From Leptogorgia sarmentosa (Eukaryota), in NCBI GenBank assembly GCA_964658305.1, contig OZ210886.1, positions 744,001 through 808,000 on the forward strand: DNA of 64,000 nucleotides, written 5' to 3'. How positions within the stretch are numbered: the stretch's first letter is position 1; every line of letters begins with the position of its first letter. The position numbers were made by a program, and so were the translations under genes. Below, piece by piece: positions 52,701 to 64,000 of this stretch. The notes beneath the pieces are model-generated. The model was not told the DNA's origin. It searched no databases and worked only from the letters and a program-made list of their open reading frames with translations.

Positions 52701-55700
52701 TGGTGAAGATGGTCGACCTGTAAGCTGTTTAATTACTGATATATGATAATTAGATGTTTAATTACTGATATATGATAATAAGATGTTTAATTACTGATAT
52801 ATGATAATAAGATGTTTAGTTACTGATATATACTTTCTTCCAAATTAACCTGTGCTACTTATTGTAGGGTAGAAATGGTGATCCTGGCGTTCAAGGACGT
52901 GCTGGTCGCAGCGGTCCAAAGGTATGTCATGTTTACACAGTGGTTAACACAATCGTAGCTTTTTCCTGGACAACAGGATCAGAAATGAGGAAAGAAGTTT
53001 ACACTCGCATTTACGGGTTGTTAATGTTTCAGTTATTAAACCACAGTAACCCTAGTTTACCATTTCCCTGTGAAAAGGCATACAAATATTTTTTTGTTTT
53101 TAACAGGGTAGCCGAGGTGATACTGGAAGCCGTGGTGCTGATGGAGAAAATGGCCCACGTGTATGTTATTTGAGATTGTTTTTCAAATGCGCGATATTTT
53201 CGAGTAGTTTTTATTTTGCATATCGAATAGAACATGACTATACAAAACGTCTGTTCTATGAGAAGAGTTAAGTGTTTGCATGACGTGATTTTGATCTAGT
53301 TGATCGGACCGTGAGTAAAATGGCTGGAAGAAACTACAAAGTAGTCGCTCATACCTTTTATTTTCCATTATGAAACTTGTTAAAACTTAGTAATTATGAT
53401 TGGTGGAGAAAATGTTAGGTCTACCACGAATTTCGAAACAAAGTAAATTATATTTCATGAGGAATTTGGTATTTGGTTCGAAAATGGAATTGTTTTTAAA
53501 ATTCTAGTGCCAGAACTTCTCCGTTGTTTCAGATCAACGTCTGTTTCTGTTTTCAGGGTCCCCCAGGCAACACAGGTGTCTCTGGAGATCAAGGCCAAGT
53601 GGGATCAGCGGTATTTCCATCCTTTTATGTTTCGTCGTTTTATATTTTTTTACATTTACATCTCATCTTTTGTCTTATCTGTCAGCCTTTTTCAATCACT
53701 GTACAGGCTCTCCCCTCACTCGTCCCATGACGGAAACAATCTATTTGAGTTTCTCTTCAATCCAGTACTTCATCTTTTACAGGGACAACAAGGACCCGCT
53801 GGCCCTAAGGGTAGCCGAGGTGGAAAGGGTATGAAGGTGAATTGACCAATAGTGATTCAACGTTTTTTTTCTTCATTCCCATACATATGTAAGAAGAGAT
53901 TACACGCATGCGTACCCGCCATAGAAACGCTATACCATAGCAATTCCGATATCGTTGGATTTATCCTTCGAGCATTTGTGTAGGCCTTGAATTTTTAATG
54001 AGTCAGGTCTTCAATAATTTTTTCTTCGAGTTGGTTGTATATGTATATTTACAACTATAGTGATTTATGTATAGTGTTGAGTGTTCTATATATTATTCTG
54101 TGTAATGGAGCTCGAGTCTGTCTGCGCTCCCTCTTCTTGGACCAAAAAGTATTCAAAACCAATGAACACAGTGTGACACATGTCTCAGCTATGCAAATAC
54201 ACCAAGTCTTTGTTTTATTTCAGGGTGACAAAGGTTCTAAAGGTGAAACTGGTGCTTCTGGAGCTCCTGGTGGACAGGTAAACAAAAATTGAAGGGTGCA
54301 GGCTGACTAACTTCTAATATACACAGAATAACTTTCGGATGATTGCTTTTACCTAAAATTGTCCAGATTGACGATCATCGGTGATATGGGTATTATCATC
54401 AGATTATGGCGAACAATGCCATTTATAAAATAACATGTATATACCGCGTGCTCTGATTGGTGGGAACCCGTGTTTGGATCAGGCCATCCAAACACTGAAA
54501 TTTGAAGTGCCTTCACGGGAATTTTGAACATGTTTGACTCTATTGTTGTTATTTTATAAAACAATTACCTTTATAGCACTTTTCTGTGCCTAATACAAAA
54601 TTATACAAAATTCGCAGACATCACATATTTCATTTTCAATATTTCAGGGTGAACAAGGAGACCGTGGGGATGAGGGTGAAGCAGGATCCAGTGGAAGACC
54701 CGTAAGTTCCTATTTACCCCCACCATAGTCAATAGAATAGAGAAGATTAAGAAATTCGGTGAAGACCCTTTTTACAGTAGATATTTTTGTCTTGGATTAC
54801 GTAAAAAAATGTTTGTTTTTCGTCCAGTTTGTATTGTTTTTCCTATCAAACCAACCGATTGTTTGTTCGCGCAAATGACGGGCAATCGAAAAACTTGTAG
54901 CTACACAGTATCTGAGTGGTTGTAGCGAGATAAAATGAACGGTAACACATCTATTGAGACTTAAAATGTATCTAATTCTTAAAATGTTTCTTATGGATCG
55001 CGATTTTCGTCATACTTGCCCGTCAACTGTCTCCAAATGCACGCCATTGGAAACAACCAATTGCAAGGTTTTCACGTATAGTCTAGTGTTATAGCGCAGA
55101 TAACTTACAAGCTCTACACAAACCTAAAGTAAATCACATTCTCCAGTTCCTAGAATTATTCTGATAACCGTTCTCATAATTTCAGGGAGGCCCAGGTCTC
55201 CAAGGTGCCCGAGGTGAAACCGGTCCAGTTGGAGCAATGGTAACTATTCAATTTTCTTATACGTAAATATAGCGGATAAACCAAACCAATGGAAGTTTTT
55301 AGGTACTATATAATACCCTGGGTTATTGCATATCTTCTAAAAATATTAAAATACAATTAATAGACAAGAGTAATAAAATGCTTGTTTAGGGATCACCTGG
55401 ATTATCTGGTGGAGCAGGAGAAGACGGACAACCTGGAGCCAAGGTGAATATAATATTGAGACTTGGTTTATAGTGGTAATTTGTGGTGGAAAAGAATATT
55501 TATGGGACGACATTGCACTTTAAATGAACATCCTGGGATGACTGCTCAAGGGAGTATAGTAGTTGTCAATTTATAGTATCACAAAGCAACCTGCATAAAA
55601 ACATTTGGAAAAAATATTTGACATACTTCTATGAATAATTTATTTTCTCCCAACCTTGGGGAGGATGAGTAAGTTAATACTTGCCTAATCCTGTGTTCTT

Positions 55701-58700
55701 TCCCCAGGGTAACCATGGTCAAACTGGACCAGGTGGTAATGCTGGACCACCAGGTCCCCCAGGCAATCCTGGTTTTGATGGTAATCCTGGTTTGAATGGT
55801 GACACTGGACCTACGGTAAGATTTTAGTTTTGGTGATCATTGCTAGCCAGAAGATGGTGGAACCAATATTTCTTTCCTTCATACATACTCCCATCGTCTC
55901 ATTCCTGGATACTTTTATGCCTAAAAAATACTGTGTTATATTAAAGGGTGATGCTGGTCCACCAGGTACCAAAGGTGCGAAAGGGTCCAAGGGAGCGCAG
56001 GTGTGTGTACTACATTTTTATATTTGATTTTTTAAAAAGATCTTGTTATTTCTCAGATATCCATTCTCCCATTCATTTATTTCAGGTGCTTGCTTATAGT
56101 ATAACAAAAAACAACTTGTTCAAAACAACACAGTGCATGTTTTAAAAATTGTTTAAAGTTTTGTTCAAATAAAAGTCCAGACTAATCCAGCACTATGTAA
56201 CATTGCTATTTCGGTTTCAATAAAGCGCTTTTACCCAGGCCCTGGGATTAAAACAACAACGAATTTGGGGAACGTGTTTATATATAGGTTAATAAAGAAC
56301 TTGAATTTGGATTGTGTGATTTGGCAATATATTTTGTTGTAATGTTTCAACTCAGATGATGGCTTGATATGATCAAAAGTTTGACCAGTAAAACAAGTTT
56401 TATGTATTTGTCTTTTCAAGGGATTCCCAGGTCCACAAGGACCAGCAGGACAAACCGGAAATGCTGGACCAAAGGTGAGACAAGCAAACAAACTTTCGTG
56501 CGATTATGGTTATATACGTTGCCGCGATTTAACACGGTTCTAACTGACCCGATTATTCCATTGAAGCCTCATTGAAAATTATGTATTTCAAGGGCGCTTC
56601 TGGTGACTCTGGTTCGTCTGGTGATGTTGGAGGACAAGGTGATCAGGTAAATAGCATTGTATGAAAAGAAATTTTCATTTAGATGTTATCCGTCATGAAA
56701 CAAGAGGTGTTTTATCGGATTTTTTTTAAGGTTCGGTAAGGTTATTTAACCGTTTTGAACACCATTGCAATAGATGCGGGGTCATTAGTACATAAACTGT
56801 ATTCAAGTTAGACTGCATGGTTGACGCCAATATTTGAATATGATTTTAGGGTGCTGATGGCGCAAGAGGTGAAGATGGTGCTGATGGTGCTGATGGAGAT
56901 GACGTAAGTTTCTTATAGCAATGCATTCGTAATGCATACAGGTCGTTCCATTATAGGATTGAAAAATTTAGAGAACCATCCAAGAACTGTCTGAGACATT
57001 TTTTTAAACATTTATTAAGTGAATTGTAAAGATCTATAGCATGGGGATACCTTGCAATAATTCAAATATGACGCAGGTTATTGCCACGAATGTCCGTGCT
57101 TATATTAAACGTTGAAATTATAACAAAGAACGTACAATACTTTCTTCATGCTAGTACTAGCCTGCATGTATTACAGTAACGTAACTACACTGTAACGTAA
57201 TAATGCAATTATATTGCAAAAGTTTCAGATTTCTTGTTTGCCCATTTACACTCTCGTTCCTCTAATATATAAATCATAGAAAGGGAACAGATAAACCAGT
57301 CTGTAAATTTTTTGGTAATATATTTTCCACCAACTTCGTTTTAACAGCATAGTTAATACGTGTCTAATACATATAGGGTGCCGATGGTCTCGATAGTGAT
57401 GAAGCTGGTGAACAAGGTGAACAAGGAATACAGGTAAGCAAACATTTTTACCCCTAATCGATAATAACAATCTTATTGGCTTGTTATCGCTTCGCTTTGC
57501 CAAACCCCTGGACGTTCAATAACAAAAAAATATTGGAAAGGACAAAATGTTAATTAACGGTAGCCTTGCAACTGGAAAACATGGAGAAATAATGGAAGCC
57601 GGGGCTTAAATCTCAAGTTTCCAGCTACTGAGATCGTATACCTACCTTACGTGCGAGCCAGCTCAATTATCGAAATTTCTGATTTTTTTCCCGTCTATAA
57701 TTATTTTTTGGTATTTTAAAAAGAAATAATTCCGTTTTTGTTTTCAAGGGCCCTGATGGCGAAGATGGCGCTCCAGGAAATGCCGGTCCACCGGGCCCTC
57801 CAGGCCCTCAAGGTATACAGGGTTCACCTGGAGATGATGGCAATATTGGTAACACGGTACGTATATTTATTAATTTTATATTTTCAAAGAGTGTATAGAC
57901 TTACACTTGACCAGAATATGAAAAGTCGTTCGTTATACCTAAAGCAAAAGTGGCGAAATAGGAAAAAAGACTCAAGAATGGCATGAAGCGGTCAAAGAAT
58001 GCATTGCATAGTTTTGGAGAAATCACGCATTAAGTGCGCGGCAAGTGTCTAGGGTCTTCAAATTTACATAATGGCGGCGCATTTGGACGCAAATGTTCGG
58101 CTCGGCCTACAGATGATTTGGAACAAGTTGAGAACATAATAATGTTACAGTGAACATTTTTTTAAACCGTCACTTGTAAACTGTAAGGTTAAATACTGTA
58201 AATTGTAATTAACATGTGAGTGGTTTTGTTTTCTTCTTTTGTCTTCGCTATAAGTTTGGGGCAGTGTGCACATGAACAAAATATGTCGATACATGGGAAA
58301 AAGATGGGGGTAACTGGGGGTGATTCTGCGCTATTGTAAACTGTGGTATTAATGGAATAACTACAAACTAGATGTGCAGTATGCAATCTATATTTTCTCT
58401 TCTTGAACGATCGTAGTTCACTATAGTGTGAATTATATTTTCACAGGGTGAACCAGGTTTGAAAGGGGCTAAGGGACAACCCGGCATAGTTGGAGTAGAG
58501 GTAAGCAATCTCTTAGCATTAACAACTAGCTCATGGCGTATAATGTAAATGTGTTTTGTAAGGCTCTATCGAATCCAATTAAAACTTTTCTTTCCTGACG
58601 TAAAGTAGTTCTTGTTGGCCCAAGGAGAAACTGCAAGGTTTTATAGACAGCTCACTTCCTCTGGAAAATAGGGGAAATTATAATTGATCAACATTAGTGA

Positions 58701-61700
58701 AGTAATTAAATGATGATCAGATAGCCAAAACTTTGGCCACAAAGAGACAGATGGCACATCCACTAGGCACTACCTCCTCCACACGCTCTCGAATGTTCAC
58801 AAAAAATTACAGTGATTTGTGTGTCATATTTCAGGGAGATACAGGTACACTCGGTGAGACTGGAATTGATGGTGACGATGGTGCAAAAGGACCAAAAGGT
58901 GATATCGGTGCACCTGGATTACGTGGACAACCTGGTTCACCTGTAAGTAATATTGACAATATGAGGCGTCCAGCAATGTACCACACAGACAGAGCTAGAT
59001 TGAAAGCATACTGTTTTGCTTAGTACTCAGCGCAGATTCAATAATCCGTTTAAACTCCAGCATATTGATCAGAATTTAAGTCACCATAGCAGTAGAAATT
59101 AGAACCACTTAAGGACCTTTTGTCAGCATGGTTTTACGTGGACGTTTACCGAATTTTCATTAAAATTCCCCAAGTTAATTGCAAGGTTTCTTTCTACTGC
59201 AATCTGCAATTTATTTATTCAGTGACTCCACTCACTACAAGGGGAGGACGAGAGCTAGCTGCATCATGAACTTTTTAAGCCCGTCACGAAGGAAAACTAT
59301 GTCATTTTTGTTATTATACGTATTCACACATATGGAATATGATCTCCCCAATAAAAGATATGAATTCATCGCGCTTATTGTATTTTGTTTTTTGACAGGG
59401 AGCACAAGGCAAGACTGGTAATTCAGGCTTCGCCGGACCTAATGGAAAACTAGTATGATATTTATTATCTTTAACTTTTTGCTTGAGGTATTGTTTAGCC
59501 GGTAGTCGATGAATTCCCTGTTGTTGTGCACAACAAAGGGCATTTGTTTTTTCTGTTGCATTACAGCCGTGTTACCAAGAATAATTTTGAAACTAAAATA
59601 TTTCAGGACGCTGAATTGTCGAACTAGCAGTATAAAAATCCAAGATGTTTGCAAATGGGGTCTTCATATTTGAAACCCAGAAAATGTACACCACAGTACT
59701 GGGTCCTCTGGGTGTCTTTTTCTCCCTGCATTATGATATACGTATATTTATTATGATATACTAGATTTATTGCTATAGTTACAGGCATTCATATTATTAT
59801 TGCAATTTTTCAGGGTCAGGCTGGTCCAAATGGCAAGAACGGTCCTCCTGGCTCCCCAGGCGTTGCGGTAACACCTGTTTTACTTTTACTTCTCCCTGCT
59901 GGCAAGCAACCAACCTCGTACCCAGGCTCTCTCCTATGGGGTGCCATAGGAGAGAGCCTGGGTACGAGGCTGGCAAGCAACAGGGATTGTTTAACATAGT
60001 CGTCATTTGTCAATCGTTCAAAGTCGAACAAAGCTGATATCCTTGTTTGTTTTTACACGAAATTATAATGAACACAATTCTGACTACAATGTGTAGGGTA
60101 CTCTAATAGTTGCAGTATTTAAGCATGACAGGGATATTTGGGAATTCTTAGGGTCCTCGAGGACGACGTGGACCACCAGGTGAAGATGGTCCTAATGGAA
60201 GAACTGGCGCTACTGGTGTTCCCGTAAGTTATTCATATTCTATACTTCTGCAGCACAGTTACCAAAGAAACCGAAGTGGTAAAATACCAAATACAAAGTC
60301 AAAGTTCATGTATTGTTAAAGTCATTTAACTGTTGCTTGTGCAAAATCCATATTTCGTTCCTGAATGTACATCAGATTTCTTCAAAAAGGCCAATTTATT
60401 TCTTCAAGAAGCCCAATTTATTTCTTCAAAAAGCCCAATTTATATATAGTTTCCCATGTGAAATCTGGAGCTAATAACACTAGTGTTCAATAAAGAAAAG
60501 TTTGTCCTCTCTCACAAGCTTTCAACCTTTCTCCTCCTTGACACTTGTGATGTATAATATACCCATTCAGTATGAACTGCTCCCGAGCTTGCGGGAGATT
60601 CAGGCATCATTTAATAGATAGAATAAACAATTGGGGACTGCGCGGAAAAACAGAGATCTTTATCTTTAGGAAGCCTATCCAGAATACTTTGAATTGGGAG
60701 TGAGATAAATCATTAGATAACTCATTCATGTCATTCATTTATATTTTTTTACATAGGGTTCCCCTGGTAATATGGGACCGCCTGGTCCACCTGTAAGTAT
60801 CGACAATCTCCGATAATTAAATAATTGTGAGAACAAGAATTTTCCACCACTGTCCTTATCCAATGTCGATAACTAATGATATTTAGTGATATTATTCTTT
60901 TCTTGACGCTTCGCAGTTTTGGTTGATGGGAGGGGGAAACTAAGCCTGGCACAGATACTCGTACATTTGTTTATCTATTCTGCTCATTATTCAGTTTCTG
61001 TAGAAAAAGTGTCTAAATCATCTTCTAATTATATTTATTGATGACACATAATTATATTTATTCCATATTTTTGATTTTCCTCCTATAGGGTCCACCTGGC
61101 AGGCTTATCACGGTGAGCAATTTATCATTTCAAGATTGTGTGTGGAACGTTTTCTGCATTTTGTTTGTATTTTGGTACATCCCCAGCGCTTTTCGTTAGC
61201 GCCTGCGATCAAAAGCGGCACATCAATGAGTTGTAACTTGGCACGGAATTTTAACGACACGAAACTTACATTCATGTTTAAGCCCTATTAACACATGTAA
61301 CATTTAATGATTTTTTAATTCTACAGCAAGACCCCGGTCCCCCAGCTGCAGACAAGGGTCCTCGATTCTATTCAAGCCATGAGGTGAGTGCACTGCGACT
61401 ATTCACTACAACACCTTAGCTTATCCATTTAGAACATAGCTATACTTTACCAGGCAACGAAGGAAAAACGTGTTCCTACCGTGGTGAGGCACTTCGTGAA
61501 ACATCAACTGCGGTCTATTCATTTCCATCCCCATTTATTCACCTTACCCATCCATCGTTCTAATGTAAATATATCTACATTGCTACCGAACATATACCCA
61601 TTTTGTGACATTGCTTTACTTACGTCACCAGGATGTGGACGCTGACACTTTAATGCCTGACCAATGGACAGAAATATCGCAGAACACTGATGATATTGGA

Positions 61701-63135
61701 GAGATGATTAAAATGAATGGACTATCTCCTTCTACAGCAGCAAGGTCATGTCGAGATGTTAAAATGGAAAATCGAAATGCTTCGGATGGTATGTTAACTT
61801 AACCTCGTACCCAGGGTGAATGGTCAGGCCTGGGTACGAGGTTGATGTAAATTTTGGATCTTGCAATTCCAAGTGTACAAGATCATCACATCTAAATAAT
61901 GTGTGTTCAAAAATATCCAAAAGTGCCTAAAAATCGCGCGCTAATTTATTAATGAAATTGAAATAAACAAACTGCCGGCTGTATGCCTCAGCCACCGAGA
62001 CGTCCCACTCCCTCGGATGTGTGGCTAAAATAGGATATGCCATACTGAAATGTTAGGGCCTTGCAATATTTTACCTTTGGGTACCTTTAAGTACTGTATG
62101 TTTCTAATGGCTCCTCGATTATAGATAGTTTCCAAATTGCACTGAGTTTTACTCGGAAGTTGTTGTACAAGTTATAGCCAACAAGGACATTGCATTCATT
62201 CACGGCAACATTTTATGTAGGTGTATACTGGATTGATCCTAACTTGGGTAGCTATGGAGACGCCTTCCAAGTCAGCTGTAACTTCACTTCGCGAGAAAAT
62301 TGCATTAAGTCTCGCAATTCCATGAAAATGAACAACAATGAAAACGTAAGTAAAACTATTAAAACTGAGGTGAAAACCAAGTCATTCACTCTCATTTTGA
62401 GTTACTTGCTGAAGAATTCTCTTTCAAATGATCAAATTATTGAACTCATATTGTAAATATGGAACATTTCATGAATTTCAGCTAATTTCTACTTCCATTT
62501 ATACGTTTTCTGCCACCAAAGCTAAACCATTCACTAGCGGTCTTCGCACTGTATTTGCAATGAAACTATATAAACTTTCTAATATTGAATAATTTTATTT
62601 AAGTTCAAGTATCCTGATGAAGTTCAAATGAATTTCCTCCGATTATTAACCATTTCTGCTCACCAACAAATAACCTATCGCTGCAAAAACTCCATGGCTA
62701 TAGATGACAAACAAAATTCTGTTGACTTGATTGGATACAATTACGATGCTATGAATATGAAGAGTTCAGAAGATTCACGATACACACTCACAACTATCCT
62801 AGATGACTGCAAGGTATGCTTAAGTAGCGCTTTTAGTCAAATTGTAATAAAGTAAATAGCTTCGTTGTGTTTTTTTCCTGGTAGTCGTTATTTGTTATGT
62901 CTACTGGCTTAACTAATTAAAGAACGCGTGTTATTGCAAAGAAAATGATTTGATGGTCCAACACTTTCAAATTATTATTTTGTTTTAGAAACTTGACGGC
63001 AAATGGCATAAGACGATATTTGAAGTAAAAACGGAGGAAAAACAGCGATTACCGATTATCAACGTAACACCATTTGACACAGGTTCAAACAAAGAGTACA
63101 AGGTTGAAGTTGGAGATGTATGCTTTGTATGGTAA
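37723..63135 (+). CDS. Fibrillar procollagen alpha chain (A-clade-like): signal peptide, minor helix, N-telopeptide, major helix of about 1020 aa, C-telopeptide, COLFI C-propeptide
   Basis: Signal exon 37723-37789 ([22 protein letters not shown]). Minor-helix exons 40309-40340, 40450-40503, 40728-40811; N-telopeptide exon 40898-40969. About 50 phase-0 Gly-X-Y exons, mostly 54/45/99/108 nt, from 41311 to 61112. C-telopeptide exon 61327-61383 ([10 protein letters not shown]). COLFI exons 61632-61788, 62221-62345, 62604-62813, 62989-63135 ([38 protein letters not shown]). Confidence 0.96.
39093..39130. mobile_element. Internally deleted MITE of the same family, perfect 9-bp TSD
   Basis: tgatccttg-[caacctcgtacccagg...acgaggttg]-tgatccttg. 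Confidence 0.75.
39461..39534. repeat. 19-bp tandem repeat, about 4 units
   Basis: Variants of atttgaaattattgcgctg. Confidence 0.75.
45172..45400. repeat. Dispersed repeat of about 200-230 bp with inverted ends; second copy at about 54858-55065
   Basis: Both collagen introns share caaatgacgggcaat...ggtaacacatctat..gacttaaaatgt...gattttcgtc.tacttgcccgtcaactg...ccattg.aaacaacc.attgcaa. Internal inverted motif tgacgggcaa/ttgcccgtca. Confidence 0.7.
52726..52832. repeat. 29-bp minisatellite, about 3.7 units, filling most of a collagen intron
   Basis: Repeat unit tgtttaattactgatatatgataa(t/a)aga. Confidence 0.9.
59911..59972. mobile_element. Palindromic MITE of the same family, perfect 9-bp TSD
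   Basis: gcaagcaac-[caacctcgtacccaggctctctcctatgg..ccataggagagagcctgggtacgaggctg]-gcaagcaac, inside a collagen intron. Confidence 0.8.
61800..61844. mobile_element. Short MITE of the same family next to a collagen splice donor
   Basis: aacctcgtacccagg..cctgggtacgaggtt. Flanks atgttaact / atgtaaatt match at 7 of 9. Starts 11 nt into the intron. Confidence 0.7.
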
Positions 63136-64000
63136 AGAACACAATATGAACAAGGAGCCTGCCGAACAACGGAAAAAATAAATGTAGACGTGAAAACGCA
63201 GGCTAGGGGAATTACATCTTATTAGTTGAATAAATATAACAGCTAAATCGATATTCTCTGTACATTTCAGTGTGTGTAGAATTGTTAAAAATATAAATTG
63301 TTTTGTCTTTGTTCGTTGCCGGTGATTAACACCAATACTGTCTGAAGTAATCGTGGCAGGCGGTACATATATTAATATTAGAATTCCAAAGTTAGTTAAT
63401 ATCATTGAAATTTAAAATATATTTTTTCACTTAAATAGAATTTATGTATACTAGTAGTTGGTGTAGTTTTGACTGTCTAATACTGCGGTGATGGTAAGCA
63501 ATGAAAATTCAGGGAAGGATGAGTTTTATCTTGTACTATACCATGCATCATGTGGTATATGACCACAACTGTGCTGGATCGTAGGTAAGCAATGCCAGAA
63601 ATTTCGCTTGATGTAAGTGAGTGTGCAATGAATTGGAGTATCTTTAAACGTCGAATTTTTGTCGTGTCGAATGCAATTAAAACTTGAAAATAGGGAAAAT
63701 TCATGGCCACAGCTTGAAAGAGCATCCTAAATTTAGTAAAATGGCAAAGTTTGGTTGCGAAATGTTGTAAATCCGCGCGTTATACAAAAAAATTTGCCAG
63801 CTTTGCAAGCTTTTCTTACTTTACAATATTTCGTAACCAAACGTTGCAGTTTTATTAAATTTAGGATGCTCTTTCAATCTGTGATGAAAGAATTTCTTAT
63901 TTCAAAATGATTTGAAATTTGGTCTAAGGTTAGAGGTCCGAATCGCGACGGAAAGCACTGTTTTCTCCCTCGATCACAAACTGCAATAGGTTAGATTTGT

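Overview
AT-rich animal genomic DNA with spliceosomal GT-AG introns. It is probably cnidarian, inferred from a WAP-bearing fibrillar collagen; this cannot be proven from the window. Gene order: three tandem NKCC-type SLC12 cotransporter paralogs (+, 1.1-20.2 kb) with patchy, gene-conversion-like identity; NACA (+); a GULP1/CED-6 PTB adaptor (+); a PAGR1-like gene (-); and a fibrillar procollagen of about 61 exons (+, 33.7/37.7-63.1 kb). Highlights outside the ORF track: (1) two box C/D RNAs in consecutive NACA introns share a guide that pairs with the elongator tRNA-Met anticodon loop and points at wobble C34, resembling the SNORD97/SCARNA97 pair, and one copy has a long UG-rich insert; (2) the collagen has two candidate signal-peptide first exons, one followed by a WAP exon; (3) five dispersed, degenerate minimal hammerhead-like motifs; (4) a palindromic MITE family with 9-bp target-site duplications. 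All exon coordinates were read by hand and no database searches were run.
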